Positions 38,991 to 50,866 of a DNA stretch of 64,000 nt are shown here, piece after piece (position 1 is the stretch's first letter; every line of letters starts with the position of its first letter). Source of the DNA: Mytilus edulis (Eukaryota). Where the stretch lies: NCBI RefSeq assembly GCF_963676685.1, contig NC_092346.1, positions 47,988,001-48,052,000 of the forward strand, in the 5' to 3' direction. A program made the translations under genes and the position numbers. Under the pieces are notes generated by a model. It was not told where the DNA came from. It did not search any database and saw only the letters and a list, made by a program, of their open reading frames with translations.

Positions 38991-40085
38991 AGTGTCTTTA
39001 CATTATGTAGAATATTTCGATCGAGTTTGGCTTTCGTAAGCTCGGTTAATCATGATAGATTGATGTAGGATTATTGAGTTTTGAGGTCTGAATTTTGAAT
39101 TTTTTACTATGAACAAGGAAACAATTACTGCAAGTACGTTGCGATCGGCACTGTGTGTCATTTGTCATTACGTTAGACTATCTATATTTTATGTCTTTTG
39201 TTTTACCATAAGTCAAGATTTTTTTTTCTCGCATGAATTGTTTATCATGTCGGTTAAGGACTTTCTTTATTATTTGAAGCAGCAATTATGATATGGATAT
39301 ACGTTTTGATATGTTCTAAATGAAATTTGAGAATTTGAGTCAAATCGGTTAGCATGAATTTGACAGCTAGTGCCGTAAAAAAAGTTTTAAAATTTTATGG
39401 ATGCTAGAGACAAAACATTCCATGATGGTCATATGTTTTGATTGAGGGGACGACCATTTGCTTTTCAGAGAGAGGGCAATAGGGGTTTTATCAAATGAAT
39501 ACTAGATATAAAATTAAATAGTATGCTGGCCTTGTAATAACTAGAACTAAACAAAAATATAGGTTGAAAACAATTATTTGTTCCACAAAATGCACAACTG
39601 TGTACACAATCGAAAATGTTTTTCGTTCCATTTCTACAGGAAATACATAACCGTTTCTAGGAACATATTAAAATGAATATTCTCCTGCCTTCCCAAGGAA
39701 TCTAAATGATTTTTTTCAACTAGCCAACATTTTCAAGTCCATATTTGGCTATTTCATTAAAACAATCATCATACATTGAATGAATTAATCCATGAAAGGA
39801 TAGAATATGTCAGTCTTTACAAATAAACCCTAAATCATGATTTCCTATTTCTTAACTTAAAAGAATCAGCAGTGCTACCGACACTGGTATAGAAGAAATG
39901 ATAGTACTTTGTAATTTGGTTCGTCCGAAGGGTTTTTAATTAATTTAAAAAAAATCATTAACCACAAAACAACAAGGTGTATAACACTCGTAGAGCTACA
40001 TGAAGAAAAGAACATTAATTGTAGCTATGCGTTGATTTGACTATAGCAGAATTTTTAATTAAAAACTACAAAGACATTATAAAAA

Positions 40086-41753
40086 TCATTCAAGTGCGTA
40101 CAAGTAACACCCGTTATCATCACACAAAAGTAACACTTTTTTCTCGTTGTTGTAGTGCAATGAACGTGGATTGTCTAAACCATCAGTTTCAGATAGTAAT
40201 GTTCTATTTGACTTCCCGTCATGTTGTATTACTATCATCGAATTCGAATCTGGATCAACAACAAATACATTTTGATGATCATCCACAGCGATGCCCCATG
40301 GGTTAATTAAGAATTCTACTTCACGTACCCATATCTCATCACCTGCCATAGAAATACAATGTACAGCGTCATCGACGGCGAAATAAATTCTATCTTTGGC
40401 AGTTTCTATGTATGACCCACAATGAACGTTAAACGTTTTGAGTACCTTTCCTCCAATATCAATTATGTCAATGCCATCTTGTGTAATAACTATAAGTGTG
40501 TTGTCTTGATATGATATTCCATAACAAATTTCTTTTAATTTAAATTCTTCCTCAATAGTATTGTTTTTTATATTTAAAATCTCAATGTACTATTATGTAT
40601 TAATACCATATGTGACAGCAATACGGTCAGTGTCTATGACTGTTAAATCAAACTGGAATCCAGAGAATGGTATATCACGGATATATTTACCATCTTCACT
40701 GTACTCCAGGATGACATTCTTTTCAAGAGAAGAACTAGCTACTAACACTTTACCATTTGGTAACATGGTAGATCCATTCAAAATCGTTTTGTGACCTTCA
40801 TGTTTCACACTAAATCTCTTTTTCAACTGGATACGAATGCTGATAATGCTTTTTGTATTTTGCACTCTTAGTTGTAATTGTGCTTCTCCTGCCTTTGCTT
40901 CCTTGAACGGTATACTAGTGGCGATCTTTCTAACTGTTAGGCTCCCGAGCTGCTCTTCTTCATCAAGTAACGATATGATAGTAGTATTTAACTGTAAATG
41001 AACTTCAAAGTTATGTACAGACTTGATTCCTTCCTTAACCGATTCTACTTTTTTGAAGACTGCTTCATTGATCTGACGCGTTCCCAGGAAAAGCTGAATT
41101 TTGGATGCGAATGATTTCAGCTGTGATGTTTGCTCTCTCAGACAATTAAAATCTCGTTTTGCATTTTTAGATTGGTTTAGAAGCGTGTTTGTTTCGGATT
41201 TACAATTGTCATGTATCGTGTCTAATTCATGAAGAAGTTTTTGTTCTAAGTCGTCTATCTTCTTCAGTATTATAGCTCGCGTATCAGTTATTGTATTTTT
41301 AATGGTTTGCTTCTGAGTTTCAAAATTGTCTAAAGCTGACTCACGATCGGATATGATATGTTGCAGATTTTGTATTGTTCTGGTTAAAGTGTTCTCTAAA
41401 TCAGCCAGTGCAGTCGAATGTTTTGCATTTTCAGCAGCTTTGTCTAAAGGAATGACGTCAGAACATGTTATATGACGAGATGGAACGCACGCTAAACAAA
41501 CTGCAACATCATGTGTTTTACAGTACAGTTCAAGTCGTTTGTCATGGTCTTTACAATTAAGGCTAATAGTAATATTTTGAATCTGCCGGAAGTCTTCAAT
41601 GGATATCAGCCAGTGATTTCGTGATGTTTTGATAGATTTGTGAACCTTCTCGCAATCTGCACATAATCCCTCCTCACAAACTGTGCACCATTGTTCTGCG
41701 TTTTTATTATTTTCTGCATAACCACAAGGACCACAAAGAATCTTTTCAGACAT
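40086..41753 (-). pseudogene. TRIM-like copy 6, full-length frame with tandem in-frame stops TAA TAG
   Basis: The 1668-nt frame is continuous except at TYGINT**YIEILNIKNN (stops 40590-40595). The downstream frame reads normally into ORF 40086..40349. Confidence 0.85.
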
Positions 41754-44700
41754 GCTGTAATAACTGTTGAAGTATATTTGTTAAATAATGTATATGCATA
41801 TTAATTATCAATTAAGAAACAATTCAGAAGCTAATGTAAGAAATTCCCCAGTCACAGTTGACGTTGGCTGAATTTGGCTATTATTCTTGGTCCCTTTAAA
41901 CAATATAACTCCTTACGTGATTTTGATTACTAGACTAAGTATCAAACATCCTTGACAATGATTTGGCTTTATTCGTTCAGGATGAATATACGTGTTGGCC
42001 GCATAAAATTTATAGCGTTATTTTCATAACAAACTTTGAATTAACCCGATAAAGAGTAATTCTCTTTTGACAAAAACTATCTAAAAAATGCATATTTGAC
42101 ATATTTTAGCATGAATCAGAGCGTTTTTAATTACTTTATCAGTCAAAATCGTTCAGCATCGTTACGAAACAAAGACAATAAATTGTGAAATAGGGAACAA
42201 ACTGATGCTGTTTATGCGTCATTGGTGCAGCAAGATAAAGATACGCAAAAACCTAGATATTCGGAAGTCAGTTATATGTTTGTTTGTATATTATCCAACT
42301 TGAATTTGAATTTTGTGTGGAAGTGTAGGTTTTTGGTGAAGGGCATTTGTTTGACATGCACACGGTATTCGTATTTGATTTCGTTTTTATTTTACATGTG
42401 TTATCAAACAAAATTGAATGACAATATAATGTATATTTCAACAAAAGATTTCTATAAAAATGATACCCGGAAGTATATCATACAATAAGATTGTCCGTGA
42501 TATTGTGAAATACTTAAATATACATATATGTATTTAAAAGAATTACTTTTCTTTTTACTAGTAACAGTATCTTTGTTTTTTAAATCTAATTTTACTTAAA
42601 TACCTTTGATATCGCTTAGAGTTACATCATCTACTTCATCGTGTTGTCAGTGGTAAGTCTTGTGATAAAACAACAAGGTAATTATAGGTATTTAAATAGT
42701 TTTGAATAGCGGGAAATTTCAAATCATTTAATGTATGCAGGAATTTACTTATATTTATATGTAGATTTCTCGACCATTAAAATATACTACAATAATACAA
42801 ATAGTCGCACAGAATAACACAAATTTCTCAGCAGATATGTAAAAAGTGTATAGAAATTTAACATAAGGGACTGTTGTTTGATTTACTGTAAGTATAACGA
42901 GGTGTTCACCTTAGGTAAAAAAAAAAAGCGCTTAACTACAAAGAGCTTAACTACAACAATTAAGATGTTTAACTCCATGAAGTCATAAAATTACATATGT
43001 AGACGAAAGTCAATAAGTTAAAGGCACTTCCTAGCTTTATTAAAACTATTTAATATGTTTCCAATGAAATTAAGCTGCAGATTTATCTAATATGAAAAAC
43101 ACGCTAATTGTATAATCAAATTAATGTTAAAATTGAATTTTTAAAAAGGTATTATAAATCCGATGAAATAGAAATATTCGACCACTTCTGTTGATTTTGT
43201 AACGTCTTATTTGTAAAAAAAAAAGATTAATGTCTTATTAAAAGTCACCAGCACCTTACCTGGACCAATATGCACAGAGCTACGACCCAATATCAAAGTT
43301 GAAGTTCCAATTTAAACTGTACAAGTACACTATTTCATTGTAAATTTTGTATTCTTGTCTTTTAATTTTGTTAATGTGCTTTGTCTTTATGCTTTTTTGT
43401 GCTTCTTTTTTACACATTTTTATGTTTTATCATGATTAGGATTATAACACAATGTTGACTGTTGTACCCCTATTTGTGACATTTTTACCTATTATGTCTG
43501 TTGATTTTGTTCACACATCGTTGTCAATATATTGGAATTCGATGCAACTGCCATACAAGTAAGAGGTTTAGCTAGCTTTAAAACCAGGTATAATACACCA
43601 TTTTCTACATAACAAAATGGCTGTTCCAAGTCAGGAGTATGACAGTTGTTATCAATTCGTTTGATAAGTTTGACCTGTTCGTTTTGTCATTTGATTAGTA
43701 ATGAAACAAATCCAAAAATATGAGCATGTTCTTATCAGGTAATACATAATATTATAACTTTCATCGACGATGTTGATTTTTTTGTATGATAAGTAATAAG
43801 ATACAAGAGCTAGATTTTGATCACATTTAATGCAAAAGTATGTACATACATTAATAAATTATATATATTATAGCTTCTCCTTAGCAAATGCATATATTTT
43901 GTAATTTTTAGATTATTTCATCGCACGTACGTACACTTTATACTTTAAAAAATAATGATATATAAGCATGTATATCATGCAAAATACAATTATTCTCATT
44001 ACAAAAACTTCCATTAAAATTCAATGAAGCATGACAAATGTCCAATTACACAAAAACTATCGAAACAAAACATAAGATTCCTTTATTAAATAATTAAAGA
44101 ACAAAGTTTTCTGACACAACAATCACGTACGAAATGATGATCTCTCTCCAATTTTCTTGTCTCTCATGTAAAAAGAATCACTATTTTACAATATTTATGT
44201 TCACAGTTGTTCTATAGAGTCAACATAATGAAAAGTCATCAAATCTGCTATCATCAAAATCTCCTACATATATATATATTTTAAATTTAATGTAAACAGG
44301 TGTGTGTATATTTTAGATTTTGGATTCAAATTATCGAATTAAATTTAAAAAAAAATCATTTCTGAAAAAGGATAGCATTATAGTTTCCAACATAGTTTAC
44401 CAACATCATAATATTTTGTCTTGCAGATATGTTAAAATACTGGTCATAACATATATGCATATGGAGAGGTTAAGAAAAGCAATGCTTTTAGCTTGGTATT
44501 TTGAAATTGTTGTGCATACCTAAATGAAAAAATGCATATATAATATTGTGCAAAGTAAAATTATTTCATATGACATAAGGAGTATAATCGTGTATCATTT
44601 AACACTAATATTGTATTTAAAAGCTTCTACGGTAATTCAGTCATGGTTTTGAAATAATCGTCTTTTCAATGAAATCTTTCAGTTTGTGTTGTTATTGCAT

Positions 44701-45311
44701 GAAATAACCAAGGTTCAATGAAATATTGACATAGAAAGTTTGTTATCCTTTCGAATAGTTCATATCACAATCACTGGGGTAAAGCTGATGACCGTAACTG
44801 CATTCACGGTCATCCCAAGATGTCGGATGAAAAATTAGGTCAGTATTGTTATTGTCTGTTAAGGTGTTTCTACATCATTTTCTTTACAAAGCATACTTTG
44901 ATACGATGTAAATATATAAAAGATTCACACGGAAGTCACAAATCTCTACCGAGGAACGTGTATAAAACGGGAATTTGGATTTGAAAAATTCGCGAGGATG
45001 ACCGTAAATCGAAATCGAGATGACCGTAACAGGATTAGCGATTCATAACAAGGCTGACCGTAATTGGTTAAAAGATGACCGTAAATTGTTAAGGATGACC
45101 GTAATTTATAAAGAATGACTAAATTTAAAAGGATGACCGTCAATTGAAAGAACTATCCATATTTGTATACATTGTTTTTTGTTGAGTTTGTCGCAATAGG
45201 GGCTCGGTTAATTCTTTTTAACTATTTGGCTTGTAGTTGGATGCTACATATGACGAACCATGTATTTGAAGCACGTCTTATTTTTGTCTACCTTTAGGAT
45301 AATGTTCTCTT

Positions 45312-48300
45312 CAAAAATTACACCTTTGTTAAGCCAATTTAGTCTTACTCAAATGATAGATGAACCTATTCATTTTACTGAATCGTCGTCATCATTGTTA
45401 GACCTTTTTATAACAAATGATGCTCACATAATAAATTACTGTGGAGTCGGGGCACCTTTATTAGACCAAATACGTTTTCACTGTCCTATAATCAGTCTTT
45501 TGAAGTTTCCAAAATGTCGTCAAAAAACTTTTAAGCGGAAAATTTGGCTATATGATCGAGGAGACTATGACAGATATCGTAACATTTTATCTGAAAAAAA
45601 TTGGGATTCCGTAATTAACTTAAATAACGTTGAACAATTTACAACCGAAATAACAAAAACTATCATAGAAGCTGCTGAAAAATGTATTCCAAATAAAATA
45701 ATAACTGTTCGTAAAAATGAACCTCCATGGCTAACAAATGATGTTAAAAAAAAAGATAAGGAAAAAAAAATAGAATCCACAGAAAGGCTAAAAAATATAA
45801 TAACCCATCGGAGTGGTCAAAATTTAAGAAAATACGAAATGAAGTTACTAGTTTAATAAGAAAATCGAAGGATGTTTATAACAACAATTTAATTAAAAAA
45901 ATCATGAACAGTAACCCGTCCACTACTAACTGGTGGAAAACGGTTAAACAAATATCCGGATTAAAAACAAACGACGCAATTGTACCCCCATTAATGGTTA
46001 ATAACAACTTAATATTTGATGAAATCGAAAAGGCAAATGAATTTAATCGATTTTTTTCTTCCCAGTCAAATATTGATGATCCAAGTGCTGTGTTACCTGA
46101 AGAACTTCATAATATTAGTGATGACACTAGTTATATAGAACTTACTGTTACTGAAGTTGAAGATATATTGAAAATTGTTAATCCCACAAAAGCTTCTGGC
46201 CCAGACCTCATTAGTCCCAAATTGTTAAAAGATCTTAAAAGAAGCATCTTCTGTTTTAAAGTATCTACTATGTAAACTATTTAACTTATCGTTAACATGG
46301 TTAAGTACGTCTACTTTTCCAGATGAATGGAAAAGAGCAAATGTTACCCCAGTTTATAAAAATAGTAAACCGAATGACGTTAAAAACTATAGACCTATTT
46401 CCTTGTTGAGTGTAATATCAAAGTGTATGGAACGATGTGTATATAAACATGTTTACAATCACTTTATGCGCAATAATATTTTAACGAAAAATCAGTCGGG
46501 CTTTACACGGGGGGATTCAGCAGTTAATCAATTAATTAACATTTCGAATGATTTTGGGAAGGCTATAGATAGCGGTAAAGAAATAAGGGTAGTATTCTGT
46601 GATATAAGTAAAGCGTTTGATCGAGTCTGGCATAAGGGACTGCTTTTTAAACTTCAACAAGCGGGCATACCGGGTTCTTTACTAAGGTGGTTTGAAAATT
46701 ATCTTACAAATAGAGTCCAGCGGGTGGTTATTAACGGTTCAAGTTCCGAATGGTTACCTGTAAATGCAGGCGTCCCACAAGGGTCCATTCTAGGCCCTCT
46801 GTTTTTTTTATATTTATAAATGATATTGTAGAAGACATTCAAGCTCAAATTAAGCTATTCGCAGATGACACTTCATTATATATTATGGTTGACAATCCAA
46901 CAGAAACAGCTAAAATTTTAATGACGATCTAGATAAGATTTGTCATAATATTGGTAAAAAAAATGGTTTGTTAATTTTAATGCCCAAAAAACTGAAAGTA
47001 TGATAATTTCAAAAAAAATAAATAGACTCTTTCACCCTCCATTAAATATGAACACCCAAGAGCTACAAACAGTAAGTAAACACAAACATCTGGGTGTCTT
47101 TTTTTCTAACAACGGATCCTGGAACGACCATATTGAATATATAGTTTCTAAATCTTACAAAAGAATAAATATAATGAGAAAAATGAAAAATGTTCTTGAT
47201 AGATTTTGACTTGAAAAAATTTACATATCATTTGTTCGCCCAATTCTTGAATATGCCGATGTCGTTTGGGACTCTCAAAATCAGATTTGATTGCTCAACT
47301 TGAAAGTATTCAGCTTGACGCAGCGCGTATCGTCACGGGGGTACTAAACTTACCAGTATAAACAATTTATATGTTGAAACTCGATGGGAAAAATTATCTG
47401 AAAGACGACGCAATCACAGACTAATTTTGAATAATAAAACTCCAGAGTATTTAAGAGACTTATTGCCCGATTCAGTAGGCAGTAGGCATGATCATAATAC
47501 AAGACAGAGAAATAATATTTCACAAGTCAACACACGGACCCGTTTATATTCTGAATATTTCATCCCTGCAACAACAAAACTATGGAACACTCTTAACTTA
47601 AACATAAGAAAATGTGAATCTTTATCATTATTCAAAAAACAAATTAGTACACAAAATAGTAAGATCCCAGCGTATTATTATATAGGACATCGTTTTGGTC
47701 AAATTCTTCATGCTCGCTTAAGAGTGGATTCAAGCTCATTGAATTCTCACCTTTTCCTTCGTAACTTAGTAGACTCTCCAAATTGTCGTTGTGGTGATGT
47801 AGAAACAAATTCTCACTTCCTGTTATCTTGTCCTATATATACTAATTTAAACGGATAGTAGCTACGATTTTCGTTAAAATTACTTTTTTAATCTATATGC
47901 CGGATTTTGTACAAAAAGTAAAATAATTATGATTAAAACAATTACTGGTTACGTTCCATTAAGCATTTAGAAGTTTTTTAACGTTTTAACACCTACATTT
48001 ATTTATTATCTATAGATAATAATTCGATGTTAAGCCCAACCCTTATTCATATGACCTTTACTCGTCAGTTCCCAATGCGCAATCGCACATTGTGCCTCGA
48101 AGGGATAATGGTCGAACAGGGGAATGTTATCGCGGAAATGGTACGCGAATTTACAGTTTCAGCGAGAAAAGAAACAAAAAAGAGGTGCAGACAAGTTAAT
48201 TTAAATTAAAAATACAAAAACGTTGATGAGATCGGTCATTAAAATCACTCGAAACACCTGCAAAGGCAAAGTCAAACAAAAGTAGACGACGGTTTGCGTA

Positions 48301-49232
48301 ATGTTTACATTTCTTAAATTTTCCAGATCACATGAAAAAAAAATCTCAACGTGTTCATAATTGTCAAAAATATGTTTATAAATTTACGGGCAGTAATCTC
48401 CCACCTAAGAAGTAATTAGAAATCAACTTCCTAAACTTAAGTATTATTCTTCAAGTGTATCCTTCATGGAGGCCCCGATTTAACACACAAACACGTGTAT
48501 ACATTATCGGCATTGTTTGGTCATACAAATGTAATAACAATTGTATAATATCGCCATTGTTGGAGAATCTTGGGTTGGAATAATATGCCGGTATTTGTTA
48601 TATTTTTTATTTACATAATTTGATAAATGGCGTCAAATATGTACGTTTAATAAAGAGTAATTATCAAATATGTAAGAAAACAAAAAGCACGTGTTCGTAT
48701 CTATATATATCTTGGTTAGCTCACTCGCTATGTCGGCAAAGTTCGGGAAGTAAACCCGATGCATAATTAATGAGATGAATAGGCACACAACACGATATGA
48801 ATTATCAATTATTAACACTTCTGTAGTTTATGAAAACATTTTAGCGATCTTATTGCTTATATTTAGTACATATCTTTGATTTTAGCAGCTTTAAAACTTG
48901 TTCATAATTTTGTCAAAATCGTAGCTACTATCCCTTTAAGACAAGAACTATTGGATTCTGTTTCAGTTCTTCCTGTCCAAGTTAACACACAAACTTTGCT
49001 CTTTGGATCAACGGTACTCTCAGATGAGCAAAATAGTCTTTTATTTAGTTTGGTGCAGAAATATATTATTAAAAGTAAACGTTTTAACCCTTGATGTCAA
49101 TGCTTCATCACTAATATTTTTGTAAAGGAGACAGATTTGTAAAAGCAAATTGCTTGTTTCTGAATCCTGAATATTATTTCCTTTGTATAATATCGTATCA
49201 TGATGAATTATCTGAATAAATATTGTTTAAAC
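45312..49232 (+). mobile_element. 5'-truncated, frameshifted LINE (CR1/L2-group-like) ORF2
   Basis: End of the APE domain, RT motifs YRPISLLS, QSGF, VFCDISKAFDRVWH, GVPQGSILGP and LFADDT, C-terminal CRCG..H..C, and 3' end AATAAATATTGTTTAAAC. Candidate TSD TAATGTT(C/G)TCTT at 45300-45311 and 49233-49244. Confidence 0.9.
47851..48935. mobile_element. TTAA-specific MITE (Kolobok-like) inserted in the LINE
   Basis: 21-bp TIR A(C/G)GGATAGTAGCTACGATTTT (20/21 match) and TTAA TSD at 47847-47850 and 48936-48939. Removing it restores the LINE frame CPIYTNLRQELLDS. Confidence 0.85.
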
Positions 49233-50138
49233 TAATGTTGTCTTATAAATACGACTTACACCACCACGATTAATTATTTGATACAAAAAAGATAATACAA
49301 ATACGGATATTTCTTAGAAATGACGGTTATACTATGAAAGGTACGGTCATCCTTTATAAATTACGGTCATCCTTTCGAAATTACGGTCAACATTTTACCA
49401 ATCACGGTCATCCTTATTATATGTTACGGTCATCTTGAAAATATTTTAAAGATGATTTACGGTCATCTTAGCGAATTTTTCAAACCCAATTTCCCGTTCT
49501 ATACATGTTCCTCGGTAGAGATTTGTGACTTCCGTGTGAATCTTTTATAAATTTACATCGTACCAATGTATGCTTTGTAAAGAAAATGATGTAGAAACAA
49601 CTTAACAGACAATAAAAATACTGACCTAATTTTTCGTCCGACATCTTGGGATGACCGTGAATGCAGTTACGGTCATCAGCTTTACCCCAGTGACAATATT
49701 AGTAGACTTTGTTAACGTTAACATGAACAACCACTGTTTTCTTGTTCTGCAGAATCTAACACTTCTTTTGGTCGTAATTCAATATCTGTACAATTGTTAA
49801 GGAAAGTTCATACGAAGACACACAGCTATCTACAAAAGACAAAGCAAACCATGCTAAATTGAAAAGATAAGTCAAAAATTTAAATGGTTTGGCTTTCAAG
49901 AAATCAGCGATGCATATAAGATATCAAGCAATGTACCCATATTACAGTGAAAACCTAAAGATCCCATCCCTTACATTTCATTTTGTCTGAATTATATTAC
50001 TATACCTTCATACTATACCGAGATGCAATCTTAAAAAGGAAACAATACGTTATGAAATGCATTCTCCGAAGCGCTTTTCTGGACTTACATTTATCAGGAA
50101 CGATCAAACTCGGAGATTTGAAGCCAAGGATGTTTAAG

Positions 50139-50866
50139 CGGCGTTTTGCATTTGCACCGATCTGCATTTCATTTGCGCCGATTTTTTCTTTCGTTTGCGC
50201 CGATTTTTTTACAGGTAAATTACAAGTGAATAGATATAAAAAGATGTATGAGTGCCAATGAGACAATTTTCCATCCAAGTCATGTTATTTTTTATTTATC
50301 ATTTTGACCTCTTCTGTTAGCTAGTTGTACAGAGGAGGGGTGGTGGAAGAAGGCATACCAGATACATCTTCAGAAATTTTCCTTGACCGTACCCACAGTT
50401 ATTTAGCCTTTGTCTTTCGGCCATCGATCTGCCGCATGGTTATGCTCTTCAAGTCTGTGTTTTGACAATAGCCAGACCATCAGAATCCGTTGTGAGTCTG
50501 GCTTTACACGATATTATGGTACATCAGTGAGATAAGTTGTTATGTTTCATGACACTGATCTTCCGATATGTATGACCATCGATATTGAAGGAATAAGCAA
50601 TTGACTCATCGGCTCATTTCAGTCCATGTCCAATTGTCCATTTTGTTACAACGAAGTTTAAGAACTATATCATATGAATCCAAATTAACTTAAACATAAG
50701 TGAACTACATTTATAACCAGATTTTACCAATGGTATAGTGGACAAGTATTAACTTACATGAAAATCTAATTAGGAGCAAATATAAAATCGGCGCAAATGA
50801 AAAAAATTAAATCGGCGCAAATGAAAGAATGAAAATTTTAAAAATCGGCGCAAATGACATACGCCC
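50139..50866. mobile_element. Mutator-like (MULE) derivative with a FLYWCH-type zinc-finger relic
   Basis: Termini (C/G)GGCGT with repeated subterminal ATTTGCGCCGATTTT / AAAATCGGCGCAAATG motifs. The minus strand near 50420-50600 reads IDGHTYRK...H*CTIISCKARLTT...EHNH. Degenerate 8-bp TSD tgtttaag/tctataag. Confidence 0.6.

Larger units (their letters stand above)
44772..49692. mobile_element. CAC-terminal long-TIR DNA element with 5-bp TSD (Transib-like), hosting nested insertions
   Basis: CACTGGGGTAAAGCTGATGACCGT ... ACGGTCATCAGCTTTACCCCAGTG; about 240-bp near-identical TIRs plus arrays of GATGACCGTAA; TSD ACAAT at 44767-44771 and 49693-49697. Confidence 0.8.

Noticed and set aside
44772-44810. 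True RSS / ProtoRAG terminal repeat
   Set aside because: Only the CAC start and the 5-bp TSD match; there is no nonamer-like motif and no RAG1/2-like coding sequence.
44995-45145. Regularly spaced GATGACCGTAA repeats as a CRISPR array
   Set aside because: The repeats are about 11 bp with about 10-bp gaps, are mirrored at 49320-49470 as part of a TIR, have no cas genes nearby, and lie in eukaryotic DNA.
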